From contig PEXK01000050.1 in assembly GCA_002779075.1 (NCBI GenBank), positions 38,933 to 102,932 of the forward strand: a stretch of DNA of 64,000 bases. The letters are read 5' to 3'. Both the position numbers and the translations under genes were made by a program. This stretch comes from Candidatus Diapherotrites archaeon CG08_land_8_20_14_0_20_30_16. GTDB lineage: Archaea; Iainarchaeota; Iainarchaeia; Iainarchaeales; 0-14-0-20-30-16. Position 1 is the first letter of the stretch. Every line of letters begins with the position of its first letter. The notes beneath the pieces are model-generated. The model saw nothing but the letters and a program-made list of their open reading frames with translations. It had not been told where the DNA came from and did no database searches. This document shows positions 8,507 to 19,480 of this stretch, piece by piece.

Positions 8507-10906
8507 ATGAAAGGATTATTATTAGATGTGTATACAATAAATAATGAAAATGAATCCTTCATTAAAGTCTGCATTAAAACAGATAAAGGAAAGGAAGTAT
8601 TTGAGGATCACCAATTCAAGCCCTATTTTTATTTAATCTCAAATACTGAGCTTAGCAAAAAGGATTTACAACATTACAATATATTTGCAATTGAACAAAC
8701 AAAAAAAGATTTAATACAAGTTCACAAATTTGCACACTTTAAAGAAAAGCAACTCAGTATTGAGGATCTAAAGAAAACAAACATTTACAAATTAATATTT
8801 AACAAAATATGCGATTTAGTAAATGCCCGTTCTAAAATAAAGGACGAAGTATTTTATCTAGGCAAATTCGAATACGATATTCTTTTTGATTTTAGATATA
8901 TAATTGATAAAAATATTTATTGCTTAAAGAATTATGAAATAAATGAAACAAAAGAAGGCTTACAATTTAAAGATCGTCCTTATATTGAACCCAAACTAAA
9001 GAAAATAGCATTTGATATTGAAACATTGGGAAAAAGTACAGACCCAAAAAAGGAAGCAATTGTTTTATTATCACTTTACAGTAAAAATCCTGAATTTAAG
9101 AAAGTTATCGGTTATAAAATGCCAAACAAAGATATTGATTATTATACCCAAGTTAAAGGAGAAAAAGAATTACTGCAAGAATTCTCAAATACAATAAAGA
9201 AATTTGATCCAGACCTGATTTATACTTACAATGGAGACAATTTTGATTTCCCATTTATTAAAGAAAGGTGTAAAAAACACGATTTATCTGAAGAATTTAA
9301 TGCATTATTTGGTGCAACAATAACAAAGGGTAACGCACAAGAAACAGATCTAAAGAACTTTCAACATATTGATGTCTATAAAGTTGTCAGAAGTTTATCT
9401 ATGAAAGGCTCTTTGAATCTCTTTAAGCTGGATTTAGATACTGTTTACAATTATTTATATGGAAAACACAAAGTAGACATACATTACTCAGAAATGGAAA
9501 AATACTACAATTCACTAGAATTGTTGGGCAAATTCATAGAGTATAACTTAGTTGATTCAATGGCATGTTACGAAATTGGCGAAAATTTCTTGGAACAATT
9601 TGTAGCATTAAGTCAGGTTACTGGAAAAACACTGCAAGATATTACAAGAACTTCTTCTAGTGCAATTGTTGAATCATTAATAATGCATAGAGCAATAAAT
9701 GAAGACAAAATAATTCCTGCAATTCCTGTTGGTGCAACAGTAGACTCTAGACGGGAAAAAAGGTTTAAAGGCGCCTTTGTAAAAGAACCAATTTTAGGGT
9801 TACATGAAAATATAGCAATTGTTGATTTCCAATCTCTATATCCTAGTGTTGTTATTACATACAACATATCTCCTGAAACAATTAACGAAAAAACAAAAAA
9901 TATTTTCACAGATAAAGATAATAATATATTCTCACAAGATATTTCTGCAACAATACCCAAAATGCTAAAAGATGTTTTTGAACAAAGAAATGCAATTAAA
10001 AAGAAAATGAAATCTGTACAAAAAGAATCATTGGAATATAAAACCCTTTTTGCTTATCAATGGTCGTTCAAAACAGTTTTAAACAGCACATATGGATATA
10101 TGGGTTATGCAAGAGCAAGATGGTATAATTTTAATTGCGGTCAAAGCATTGCAACAACAAGCAGAGAACACACTATGAAAATAATATCTGAAGCTGAGAA
10201 ATTTGGTTTTGATGTGATTGCAGGAGATACTGATAGTTGTTTCCTAAAATATAAAAAAGATAAAAATGAGGTTTTAGACTTTTTAGATAAAATAAATAAA
10301 AAATTGCCCGGAATAATGAAATTATCTTTAGATGGTTTCTACAAAAGAGGCCTTTTTGTCCAGAAGAAAAGTTCAGAAGATGTTGCAAAGAAGAAATATG
10401 CATTAATTGACGAAACTGATAATTTAAAAATTGTTGGATTTGAGTTTGTAAGGCATGATTGGTCAGAATTAGCAAAAAATACACAAAAGAAAGTCTTAGA
10501 GTTTATACTTAAAGAAAAGGATATTGAAAAAGCAAAAAAATATGTTATTGATATTTTAAAACAAACACAAGAACATAAATTGCCTAATGATTTATTTGTT
10601 ATTTACACTCAAATTAGAAAAGATTTAACAGAATATAGTTCTATTGGACCAGCAGTAAGTGCTGCAAAGAAAGCAATTGCAAAAGGAATTGCAATAAATG
10701 AATCTTTTGTTGGATTTATTGTTACTAAAAATGGCAAAACAATTTCAGACAAAGCAGAATTGGCCCAATATGTGAAAGAAGGAGATTATGACTCTGATTA
10801 TTATATTGATAATCAGATAATACCAAGTGTTAAAAACATTTTCTCAGTATTTGGTATATCTGAAGATCAGTTAATGAGCAAACCCAGTCAGAAAAAGTTA
10901 TTTTAG
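8507..10906 (+). CDS. polB: Family B DNA polymerase
   Basis: Exo I is FDIETLG. Motif A is DFQSLYPSVVITYNISPET. Motif B is KTVLNSTYGYMGYARARWY. Motif C is IAGDTDS. I placed the start at MKGLLLDVY (M14 of the printed ORF). Confidence 0.9.
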   Translation: MKGLLLDVYTINNENESFIKVCIKTDKGKEVFEDHQFKPYFYLISNTELSKKDLQHYNIFAIEQTKKDLIQVHKFAHFKEKQLSIEDLKKTNIYKLIFNKICDLVNARSKIKDEVFYLGKFEYDILFDFRYIIDKNIYCLKNYEINETKEGLQFKDRPYIEPKLKKIAFDIETLGKSTDPKKEAIVLLSLYSKNPEFKKVIGYKMPNKDIDYYTQVKGEKELLQEFSNTIKKFDPDLIYTYNGDNFDFPFIKERCKKHDLSEEFNALFGATITKGNAQETDLKNFQHIDVYKVVRSLSMKGSLNLFKLDLDTVYNYLYGKHKVDIHYSEMEKYYNSLELLGKFIEYNLVDSMACYEIGENFLEQFVALSQVTGKTLQDITRTSSSAIVESLIMHRAINEDKIIPAIPVGATVDSRREKRFKGAFVKEPILGLHENIAIVDFQSLYPSVVITYNISPETINEKTKNIFTDKDNNIFSQDISATIPKMLKDVFEQRNAIKKKMKSVQKESLEYKTLFAYQWSFKTVLNSTYGYMGYARARWYNFNCGQSIATTSREHTMKIISEAEKFGFDVIAGDTDSCFLKYKKDKNEVLDFLDKINKKLPGIMKLSLDGFYKRGLFVQKKSSEDVAKKKYALIDETDNLKIVGFEFVRHDWSELAKNTQKKVLEFILKEKDIEKAKKYVIDILKQTQEHKLPNDLFVIYTQIRKDLTEYSSIGPAVSAAKKAIAKGIAINESFVGFIVTKNGKTISDKAELAQYVKEGDYDSDYYIDNQIIPSVKNIFSVFGISEDQLMSKPSQKKLF

Positions 10907-11730
10907 TGAGTAAAATGAATGCAGAAATATATCAATCATTAAAAGATTTAAGCCAAAATAAAATATATTCTGAATTAACGGAACCAACAATAAAACGAAT
11001 TTGTGAATTCGCAAAAACAAAAGAAGATGCAAAAGTAATTGCACAATTTATAGTACATATTTTGCCAAGAAATATGTCATTAGATTCGGCAATAAGAATT
11101 GCATTATATAATCTTGAGTTTTTTAAACATTTTGATATACAAGAAACTCTTTCCGAAAGATTTCAAATACGAAGAGCAGAAGGAGATTGGTGGATGCACC
11201 ATGAGTCACCAGTACAATTTGAAATTGTAGATACTGAAATGAGAATTGCAACATTTTCTTTTTATGTTGTTCCAACAGAAAAAGGATTAGAAATTCATAT
11301 TAATAGTTTACAAGGATCAAAATACGAATATCCAACTATGACTCAACAACTTAGAAGTACAAAAGATGATTTGAAAGAATTAACAGAATTTTTAAAAATA
11401 AATTGGAGAATACATATTGTTAAATTACTACAAAAAAGATTTGCAAATGAAAATGTACTCATAATAGGAGATTTACCAAAAGCATTTAGATATGACCCTG
11501 GAGAAAAATACATATTAATGTTAAGACAATATCTACAAACCTTTTTACAAGCAGGAATTCCAATTGAACAAATAGATACTCCTAATATACACAAAAAATT
11601 TAAAGAATGGGTTAGACAAAATTTAAGACTAAAAAGAAAAAGAGAACAAGGAATAAAACCACAACATCAAGACAAACCTAAAAGAGTAAAATTAGAACGT
11701 AAACCCGGAACAAGAAGGCCTATGGCTTAA
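10906..11730 (+). CDS. Hypothetical protein with a basic C-terminal tail
   Basis: The ORF is 274 aa with no recognisable motif. The C-terminus is KRKREQGIKPQHQDKPKRVKLERKPGTRRP. Its start overlaps the polB stop. Confidence 0.3.
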   Translation: MSKMNAEIYQSLKDLSQNKIYSELTEPTIKRICEFAKTKEDAKVIAQFIVHILPRNMSLDSAIRIALYNLEFFKHFDIQETLSERFQIRRAEGDWWMHHESPVQFEIVDTEMRIATFSFYVVPTEKGLEIHINSLQGSKYEYPTMTQQLRSTKDDLKELTEFLKINWRIHIVKLLQKRFANENVLIIGDLPKAFRYDPGEKYILMLRQYLQTFLQAGIPIEQIDTPNIHKKFKEWVRQNLRLKRKREQGIKPQHQDKPKRVKLERKPGTRRPMA

Positions 11731-11736
11731 TAAATA

Positions 11737-12228
11737 TTGTATATAATGATTATTATGAATAAGCAAGAATTAGAATTATTAATAAAGGAAAGTGAAGGGT
11801 ATCTTGATGATTTTTTAAGATTAGATTTTGGAGAAAAAATAGGCTCTGGATTAAAGCGAATGGAAAACATATGCAAAAAGGAAAATGCCCCAATCCCCGA
11901 AATAAAAATAAGAGAAAATTATTTTTATATTACATTTAAAGAAAACAAAGAATATTTGAAATTAGCTAATAAGACAGATAATACAAATATAAACTATAAC
12001 CCAAATTCAATAGAAACTACCATGGGACTACCCTCTAACTACCCTGAAACTACCCTAAAGATACTTACTCTAATTAATGAAAATAAAACTATAACTCGCG
12101 AACAATTAGCAGAAAAAACCGGTTTGACAATAGATGGTATAAAATATCATATTAAAGAACTTACAAAGAAAGGAATATTAGAAAGAATTGGCCCAGATAA
12201 AGAGGGGTATTGGAAAGTAAAGAAGTGA
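11737..12228 (+). CDS. Winged-helix HTH regulator-like protein
   Basis: The C-terminal wHTH reads TITREQLAEKTGLTIDGIKYHIKELTKKGILERIG. Confidence 0.4.
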   Translation: MYIMIIMNKQELELLIKESEGYLDDFLRLDFGEKIGSGLKRMENICKKENAPIPEIKIRENYFYITFKENKEYLKLANKTDNTNINYNPNSIETTMGLPSNYPETTLKILTLINENKTITREQLAEKTGLTIDGIKYHIKELTKKGILERIGPDKEGYWKVKK

Positions 12229-12234
12229 ATTATT

Positions 12235-13131
12235 ATGACAATATTACAAGAATTAAAGAAAGCAGAAAAAGCATGGAAAGACGCTAAAAAGATTGCTGAT
12301 TTGCTTGTTAAGCCCGGAATTAATCTATTGCAGGTCGCAGAAGAAGTTGAAGAAAAAATAGAAGAGTCTGCAGAAATTGCATTTCCTATTAACATATCTC
12401 GCAACAATGAAGCTGCGCACTATTCTCCAAAAAGTGACTGCACAGAAACTTTCAAAGAAGGAGATTTAGTTAAAATTGATATTGGAACACATTCAAACGG
12501 ATATATTGTTGATGCAGCATATACTATTGATCTTGGAAGATTACATCTTGAGTTGTGTAGGGCGTCAAAAGAAGCAGTTAACAACGCTGTGAAGTATATT
12601 CAAAAAGAAAAAAATGATGCGGAATTTGGCGAAATAGGGAATATAATTGAAACAACAATAAAAAGCTACGACGCTTACAAGCTAATTTATAATTTAACTG
12701 GTCATTCAATGGAGCAATATAAATTACATGCTGGCAAATCTATTTTTAACCACGCATCAAATAACAAAAACAAATTAGGACAGGGCTTGTTTGCAATTGA
12801 ACCTTTTGCAACTAATGGCTCAGGACTAATACAAAATGGTTATTTCTGCAGTATTTATGATTATGCAAATTCGATTACAAGATTATCTAATTGTAGAATA
12901 TTAGCAGATGAAGCGAAAAAATTCAAACTACCATTTAGTGAAAGATGGATTGGAAAAGACATGGACCCCACACAAAAGAAAATAGCAATAAATAGTTTAG
13001 TGCAATCAGGATGTTTCAGAACGCACCCTATTTTAGTAGAAAAACAAGGATCTTATGTTTCTCAACACGAAAAAACAGTTTACATTGATGAAGATAACAA
13101 AGTACATGTATTCCCAAATATCGAGTTTTAA
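12235..13131 (+). CDS. map: Methionine aminopeptidase, type 2 (archaeal)
   Basis: The MetAP2 core reads AFPINISRNNEAAHYSPK...GDLVKIDIGTHSNGYIVDAAYTIDLG. Confidence 0.85.
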   Translation: MTILQELKKAEKAWKDAKKIADLLVKPGINLLQVAEEVEEKIEESAEIAFPINISRNNEAAHYSPKSDCTETFKEGDLVKIDIGTHSNGYIVDAAYTIDLGRLHLELCRASKEAVNNAVKYIQKEKNDAEFGEIGNIIETTIKSYDAYKLIYNLTGHSMEQYKLHAGKSIFNHASNNKNKLGQGLFAIEPFATNGSGLIQNGYFCSIYDYANSITRLSNCRILADEAKKFKLPFSERWIGKDMDPTQKKIAINSLVQSGCFRTHPILVEKQGSYVSQHEKTVYIDEDNKVHVFPNIEF

Positions 13132-13137
13132 GTGATG

Positions 13138-13660
13138 CAAATGAAAAAAACAACTTATAGAAGGCAAAATTTCAGGATGTACTGGCAGATTTTGTGAAGA
13201 TATTTGTTGTGATGACGATCAAGTTATAGAATGGATCGGGAAATATCTTGCATATCATGATTGTATTAAAGATCATTTATTATCTCATGGCATAAATATT
13301 GAATTTAAAGATGACAGAGTTTATTTTATTGGTTGTTCAGATGGAAAGAAATGTAAATTCTTGAAATATGCATTAAATAAAGACATTGATCCTCGCCCAA
13401 TAGATTGTAAGATATATCCTTTTGTTGTTGACTGGGATACAATAGATTTTGATAAAAAAATTGTAAAATTATATTATTGGGATAATACTTGCCAATTGGT
13501 AAAAGAAAAAAAGATACCCAAAGAATTCAAAAAAGAGGTAGAACATATTATCAAAAGAGATTTTGCACATTTATTCTGGGGCACAAAGTTTAAAATAGAA
13601 TTTGTAAATAAAGTTTACAAACACAAACATAAAATGATTTGGGATATAAAGAGGACTTAA
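13138..13660 (+). pseudogene. Cys-cluster protein, first of two tandem paralogs. The 5' end is disrupted by a +1 frameshift in an A7 run (13144-13150).
   Basis: ATG AAA AAA A... hits a TGA after 18 codons. Removing one A gives one open frame, MKKQLIEGKISGCTGRFCEDICCDDDQVIEW...PRPIDCKIYPFVVDW..., that is collinear with the downstream paralog. Confidence 0.5.
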
Positions 13661-13661
13661 T

Positions 13662-14165
13662 ATGAAAAATTCAAAGAAAGAATGTATATTAGTACCTTGC
13701 ACAAAAGAAAAATGTGAATGTACTTGTTGCGATAATATTGGAATAGAAGAATGGATAATTGAATACTGTGCATTTCATGAAAGAATGAAAGATCACCTGA
13801 AAAAAATAGGAATAAAAATTAAATTTGACAAAGATGTTATTCAATTTAGTAATTGTTCAACAGGAAAAGAATGCAAATTTATTAAATACTCAACAAATAA
13901 AAGTATTGATTTAAGACCAATTGACTACAAAATATATCCCTATCATGTTGATTGGAAAGAGATGGATTTTGATAATAAAAAAGCACAGTTATATTTTGCT
14001 GACTTTGATTGCCCGTTAACAAAAAAGAAAATATCTAAAGAATTTAATAACAATGTTGAGAAAGTAATTAAAAGAGATTTCAGCTTATTATTCTATGGAA
14101 TGGACTTTGATGTTGTATTCCACGATTTCTGCAGATATGATACTTTCAAAAAGAAAAAAAGATAA
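13662..14165 (+). CDS. Cys-cluster protein (CxCxCC motif, YkgJ/UPF0153-like?), second of two tandem paralogs
   Basis: It has CTKEKCECTCCDN and shared blocks (KDHL, CKF.KY, ID.RPID.KIYP..VDW, KRDF..LF.G) with the upstream copy. Confidence 0.5.
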   Translation: MKNSKKECILVPCTKEKCECTCCDNIGIEEWIIEYCAFHERMKDHLKKIGIKIKFDKDVIQFSNCSTGKECKFIKYSTNKSIDLRPIDYKIYPYHVDWKEMDFDNKKAQLYFADFDCPLTKKKISKEFNNNVEKVIKRDFSLLFYGMDFDVVFHDFCRYDTFKKKKR

Positions 14166-14786
14166 CTATTTGGTGTAGATTCTTGCATCAACAATTATAG
14201 GATTCTTTGTATCGCTTTCTATTATTACTGGGTTCAGATCAATAAATGCAACTTCTTTGTGTTTGTGTGCAAAAAGGACTAACTTATTTACAAAAAGCCA
14301 GAATTTATCTTTATTTAAACTGGAGAGCATAGCCTGATTTTTCAAATCATTAAGCATACTTTGGAAATCTTTCTTTGTTATTGGCAATAACCTGAAAGAA
14401 ACATCTTTTAATTGCTCTGCAAATCTACCACCAATGCCAACCATTATCAATTTCCCAAATTTAGCATCATCTTTTATTCCTACAATAAATTCTTTTCCAT
14501 ATACTTTCTCTTGAATAACAATTTTCTTTGCCTTCAATTGTTTTGCTCTATGCAAAATAAGAGATTTTTGTTTTACAAAACTTTGGTGAGAGTTAATTTG
14601 AAACAATGCGCCAGATTTTAATTTGTGCACTGCTTTATCTGATATTATTTTAATAAAAATTGGTTTCTTCCAAATATACTCTGCACTTTTGAATTGTAAT
14701 AAAGAATAAGAATATGATTTAACAACAGCTAAATACTTTGCCAGTAAGAGTTCAGATTTGTATTCATCTAAAATTTTCAAGGTCAT
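14166..14786 (-). CDS. ATP-grasp domain protein (acyl-CoA synthetase ADP-forming beta-like)
   Basis: The Gly-rich loop IMVGIGGRFAEQLKDV and the overall length suggest a small ATP-grasp module. Confidence 0.4.
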   Translation of the reverse strand: MTLKILDEYKSELLLAKYLAVVKSYSYSLLQFKSAEYIWKKPIFIKIISDKAVHKLKSGALFQINSHQSFVKQKSLILHRAKQLKAKKIVIQEKVYGKEFIVGIKDDAKFGKLIMVGIGGRFAEQLKDVSFRLLPITKKDFQSMLNDLKNQAMLSSLNKDKFWLFVNKLVLFAHKHKEVAFIDLNPVIIESDTKNPIIVDARIYTK

Positions 14787-14885
14787 GTTTAATATAAGTC
14801 ATAAAGAAATAAATATCTTTGCTCTTGAGAAATACAAAAAAAGAAAAAGGTGTAGGTTAAAAAACCTACAAATATTATATTAGAT

Positions 14886-15551
14886 CTACAAAATAGTTGG
14901 TAATAAACCAAAGCCTATTTTTCCTACTAATTGTACTGCAAAACTGCCTAATATTGTTGCAAATCCTGCTGCTGTTCCTGATCCCAATATAAACAACACA
15001 ACAACAGTTGTAATTATGTCTAATTTAAACAGGTCCATAAACAATTTGATCTCAACAATCAAAACGTATGGAAGTGCAAACAGAAGTATTAAAGCAACAA
15101 TGTACACACCAGCAATAGGTATCATAGTAATCAATGACAACACAAATGCAACAACACTTAAAACAAACCAAGGAACTGTTAAAGTTACTAATGCCTTAGA
15201 ATAATCTGACTTCCCTAAAACCAAGAGTAACAGATTTAGAACCAAGCTTCCAACAAGCACAAGAATTAATGCACCTATTAGAACATACAGACTAGTCAAC
15301 CAAGTTGCATCTTGAATCTTAACTGCAAAAAACCACAGAACTACAGAGATTACAAGATACAACAAAGCATAGCTGAAATTTATTTTCAAAGCATCTTTCA
15401 ATGCCTCTTTTGGATTGTAAAGAAACTTATACATCAAATCATCTCCCAAAATATTTTTTTCAAAAATATGTTTACTCGAAGTCATTAAAAGCTCATCTCT
15501 GCAGTTTAAATATACAAAACTTAAAAAAAGTTTTGATATTTTAACAGACAC
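14886..15551 (-). CDS. Integral membrane protein (Yip1-like)
   Basis: About five predicted hydrophobic helices follow a soluble N-terminus. Confidence 0.35.
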   Translation of the reverse strand: MSVKISKLFLSFVYLNCRDELLMTSSKHIFEKNILGDDLMYKFLYNPKEALKDALKINFSYALLYLVISVVLWFFAVKIQDATWLTSLYVLIGALILVLVGSLVLNLLLLVLGKSDYSKALVTLTVPWFVLSVVAFVLSLITMIPIAGVYIVALILLFALPYVLIVEIKLFMDLFKLDIITTVVVLFILGSGTAAGFATILGSFAVQLVGKIGFGLLPTIL

Positions 15552-15696
15552 TTTACAAGTTCTTCAACCTTTGTAAAGCCAGATGCCATTTTGATGCATT
15601 CTCACTTTCGTTCAAATACATCACAACTCATTCTTCGAATGCCTTTGTGATGCCCCCTAATAAACTATTACATATTTTATTTTACATATTGAAAGC

Positions 15697-15939
15697 TCAG
15701 TCATTAACATAATATTTATGTGTTCTTTTTTTGAAATAATCATAGATTGCAGCACAAGTAAAAACAATTTGCAAAACTATAAAAATAGCATCTTTCAAAT
15801 AAATACTGTAAATGCAAAGCAAAATACCTCCGCAAATAAAAGCAAGATCCTCTTGCTTCTTCTTTCTTAAAAGCACACCCAAAATAATAAAAATAAGCCC
15901 TAAAACACCTAAGACTCTATAAAGTACATTAAAATCCAT
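15697..15939 (-). CDS. Small membrane protein
   Basis: The ORF is 80 aa with two hydrophobic helices. Confidence 0.3.
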   Translation of the reverse strand: MDFNVLYRVLGVLGLIFIILGVLLRKKKQEDLAFICGGILLCIYSIYLKDAIFIVLQIVFTCAAIYDYFKKRTHKYYVND

Positions 15940-15970
15940 TGTATTAAATATTGCATATTTATTTATATTC

Positions 15971-18900
15971 TTATCTTTTCTTTGTCTTTAAATGAATTAT
16001 ATAGAATATTAAAAACAACAAGATTACTCCTAAAAACAAAAAGTAATACATTCTTGCAGAAGAGGTACCTAAATTTTTATTCTCTAAAACATTTTTATCT
16101 TCAAAAGTGGTAATTTGCTGATTGTTTATGTCTACATCTGGTTTTGTCTGCTTTAGCTCTGGAATAAAAATTGATTGTTTGAAAACCAATTTATCTTTAA
16201 TATAACCAAATATTGTTAATTTTTTATTGGAATAAGATTTATCTAATACTAAATATTTGTTAAATGGTAGGGTAGCCAACAATACATTATTATCATAAAT
16301 TTTTGCAGAACCGTTGTAAATACTATTTCCATTTGCGTCATAAAAATATAAAATTGTGTTCGTTTGCAAAGTATCTAAAACAACAGAACCAAAATCCTTT
16401 ATTTCTAACAACTTATTTAGATTCTCTATTATGGATTCTTTCTCTGTTTCTTTCTGTGTAGATTTCTTAACAATTGTTATTGTTTTAGTATATTTTACAT
16501 TGCTTTTTGTGTATGTAAAAATATAATCACCAACTAATAATGGTGTAAAAGATATTGTACCAGAAGAATTTGTCTTTTCTGTTTTTACATTTGCATCAGG
16601 ATATTTTATATTAACATCAGCATTCGGAACAATATTTATTTTGCCCTTTTCCTTCAATGTAATTGTAAGTGCTGTGTCGGAGTAATATTTGCCATTCACA
16701 TCTCCTGTAACAGCAAATTCATAACTTGATGAACCCCAGCCTCCGCCACCTGGACCTTGAGGAGTTTCTTCTATAGTATAAGTATATTGATTTGTTGCTG
16801 AGTTGTTTGCCAAATCATAAACATTAATGTCTAAAGTGTGAGCTCCAACAGTAGATGAACCAGTACCTGAAATATAATAATTATTACCATCATTTACAAC
16901 CTCAACATCTACAGGAGATCCATCAACACTAACCTCTGTTGCATCACTATTTAAATCAGCATCTTGCACCAATATATTGAAATCTTCAGTGATTGTTGTT
17001 GTAATGAAAACTGGTTTTTTATCTAATACCAATTGCAAACTAAAAACATTCACATCTTTATTGTTGTCCTTCAAAATAATGTTATTGTAATCTAAATTTA
17101 TATCATAATAGTAAATATTTTGATCTTTTGAAAAATGATATTGGGCATTATTATCTCCTATTAAATAAATATTATAATCTTTTGTTTCATTATAATAAAA
17201 AATCAGATTTAAATCGTTTAGATCTTCCTTGTAATACAAAAAATTATTGTTATAGTCTATATAACCATCTTCTAAATCAAAATAAGGCACATAAATAGTA
17301 ATATCTTTATTCAAGCAATTGCCAAAAATATCGCAGGCATTAAAATCTAAATCAAATCTGCCTAAAAAGGTATAGTCTTCGGCATTAAAATCCAAAACTG
17401 AAGTTATTTTATTATTATCAACAGCATAGTTTCTGGAATAATTTGAATTAAAATCATTATAATCAAGAAAATAAATATAAGAATCATAGAACTTAAAATC
17501 TTTAGTTAAATTAAAATCAGATAAATAATATATATTTTCATCATCATTTTCTGGAACAATATTATTGTATAAGCTTAAATCACTATTTGTTAACCCGCCA
17601 AATGATTTATTAAAATCATTAGAATAATAATTAAAATCTATTGACAAATTATAATCAGTTAAAGGGTAAAAATCAGAATTTAAATCAATATTATAATCTA
17701 TCAATCTATTATAATCTACCACTGAGAACAGCACAAAGCTGTTCGAATTGTGCAGATTTAAATCAAAATTTATATCCAAATTAGAATCAAAAGGTTCTCC
17801 AGTTAGTTTGCCAAAATTAAAATATAATTTAAAATTGCCATTGTTATCAGAAGTATAAAAATTATTGTCATTAGCTATATAATAATCAAATATTATCCTA
17901 TTGTAATCTAAATTGCATGCTAAAGCATAATTGAAATCAAAACAGGTATTAGAACAAGAAATAATTAAATATGAATTTGAATCAGCAGTAGTTATACTTA
18001 CTTGTTCAACATTATCTATTGAAGAATTACTTATTTGATTAGAATCTGCTTTTATTAAGTTTAAATCAAAGTTTTGAAGAAAAGGATTGCCATTATTATC
18101 AAAAGATCTACGCCAAACTAAACTACATTTTGCATTTTCATTAGAGTCTAAAAAGAAATAATCATCCAAAGATTTGTAAATTAAAGTGTTGTAAAAATTA
18201 TTATCATAATAAAAATTATCCACATCAAATACATATTCTCTTGAAAAACTGTTCTGATCATATGCATTCTGCAAATTCACATATCCCCAGCCAGTATACC
18301 TGTCCCAACTTACAGCATTAACATCATCTGCACTATTAATTAACAAAGCCTTGACCTCTAAAGGTGTTAAACCTAATTGAGACAAAAGAGCAGCACTTGC
18401 AGTTACATGAGGAGTAGATGCACTTGTTCCATCCCAATAATCCCAAGAAGAATATCCTTCTGAAAATATATCTTGGCCCGGAGCAGTTAAATCTGGCTTT
18501 TTTCTATCATCATCAGTAGGGCCTTGAGATGAAAACCAAGTATAAGTATCATCATTTCTGTTGTTTGTGTCATTATCATTTACTGCGCCAACACACAAAA
18601 TATTGTAACCAGAGCAATCATCAGAAATTGAATAACCATTTAATGTGCAATGCCCAGAATTGCCTGCTGCAAACATAAACAAAGCATCTGTACCAGCAGT
18701 TGCAAAACTATAATCCAAATAATCCCAGGATATAGCATTATCACCATTACCATCTGCATTCACAAAAGGATTACGAATACAGGTATTTGGATCATATTTA
18801 GCAGAGCCCCAAGAATTATTAATATAGTTAGCACCATTTGCAACTACCCAACCAAAAACAGTTTCAAAATTTACACCTACTGGAACACTGCCAGAACTAT

Positions 18901-19432
18901 CAAATATCTTTGCAGAAACAAGATTAGCATCATAAGCCACTCCATTATAATCAGGGTCTAAAGATGGTCTGCCAGCTAAAATACTAGATACCAAACAACC
19001 ATGTTCAAGAGTATGGCATTCCTCATTTATATCATCTGCGAAATCTACTGCTACAGAAATTTTGTTAGTTAAAGCATCAGAAGAATAAGAGATTCCTGAA
19101 TCAATAACACCTATTTTGAGATTCTGGCCTGTAAATCCTTTAGTCCAAATATAGTCTGCTTTTATTGAAGGCACAGAATATATCTGGAATGGTTGTATTA
19201 AAGAATTGTTAATATCTGCCATTACTTTTATTTCTGGATTTTTCCTAACCAAATCATTATATTCATAGTCATTAACAAATTCATAATTTCCTTTTGGATT
19301 CTGAGAATCATAATTTGATGTAATTAATGATTCATAAGGGGTGGTTTGTGGCACAAAAACTAGCTTAGTAGAAAACACAAAAGAAAAGAGTAATAAGAAA
19401 CAAACACAAAGAACAAATATCTGCTTGAACAT
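15971..19432 (-). CDS. Secreted subtilisin-like (S8) serine protease, 1153 aa, with Asn/Asp/Tyr-rich repeat region and a C-terminal TM anchor
   Basis: There is a signal peptide. The catalytic-triad contexts are GVIDSGISY (Asp), HGCLVSSILAG (His) and GTSASTPHVTASAALL (Ser). A long DYN/DFN-rich low-complexity region follows. The C-terminus MYYFLFLGVILLFLIFYIIHLKTKKR is a TM anchor with a basic tail. Confidence 0.8.
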   Translation of the reverse strand: MFKQIFVLCVCFLLLFSFVFSTKLVFVPQTTPYESLITSNYDSQNPKGNYEFVNDYEYNDLVRKNPEIKVMADINNSLIQPFQIYSVPSIKADYIWTKGFTGQNLKIGVIDSGISYSSDALTNKISVAVDFADDINEECHTLEHGCLVSSILAGRPSLDPDYNGVAYDANLVSAKIFDSSGSVPVGVNFETVFGWVVANGANYINNSWGSAKYDPNTCIRNPFVNADGNGDNAISWDYLDYSFATAGTDALFMFAAGNSGHCTLNGYSISDDCSGYNILCVGAVNDNDTNNRNDDTYTWFSSQGPTDDDRKKPDLTAPGQDIFSEGYSSWDYWDGTSASTPHVTASAALLSQLGLTPLEVKALLINSADDVNAVSWDRYTGWGYVNLQNAYDQNSFSREYVFDVDNFYYDNNFYNTLIYKSLDDYFFLDSNENAKCSLVWRRSFDNNGNPFLQNFDLNLIKADSNQISNSSIDNVEQVSITTADSNSYLIISCSNTCFDFNYALACNLDYNRIIFDYYIANDNNFYTSDNNGNFKLYFNFGKLTGEPFDSNLDINFDLNLHNSNSFVLFSVVDYNRLIDYNIDLNSDFYPLTDYNLSIDFNYYSNDFNKSFGGLTNSDLSLYNNIVPENDDENIYYLSDFNLTKDFKFYDSYIYFLDYNDFNSNYSRNYAVDNNKITSVLDFNAEDYTFLGRFDLDFNACDIFGNCLNKDITIYVPYFDLEDGYIDYNNNFLYYKEDLNDLNLIFYYNETKDYNIYLIGDNNAQYHFSKDQNIYYYDINLDYNNIILKDNNKDVNVFSLQLVLDKKPVFITTTITEDFNILVQDADLNSDATEVSVDGSPVDVEVVNDGNNYYISGTGSSTVGAHTLDINVYDLANNSATNQYTYTIEETPQGPGGGGWGSSSYEFAVTGDVNGKYYSDTALTITLKEKGKINIVPNADVNIKYPDANVKTEKTNSSGTISFTPLLVGDYIFTYTKSNVKYTKTITIVKKSTQKETEKESIIENLNKLLEIKDFGSVVLDTLQTNTILYFYDANGNSIYNGSAKIYDNNVLLATLPFNKYLVLDKSYSNKKLTIFGYIKDKLVFKQSIFIPELKQTKPDVDINNQQITTFEDKNVLENKNLGTSSARMYYFLFLGVILLFLIFYIIHLKTKKR

Positions 19433-19480
19433 ATTAATTATAAATAATATAGGTATATTTAAATGGTATTATATAGCAAA

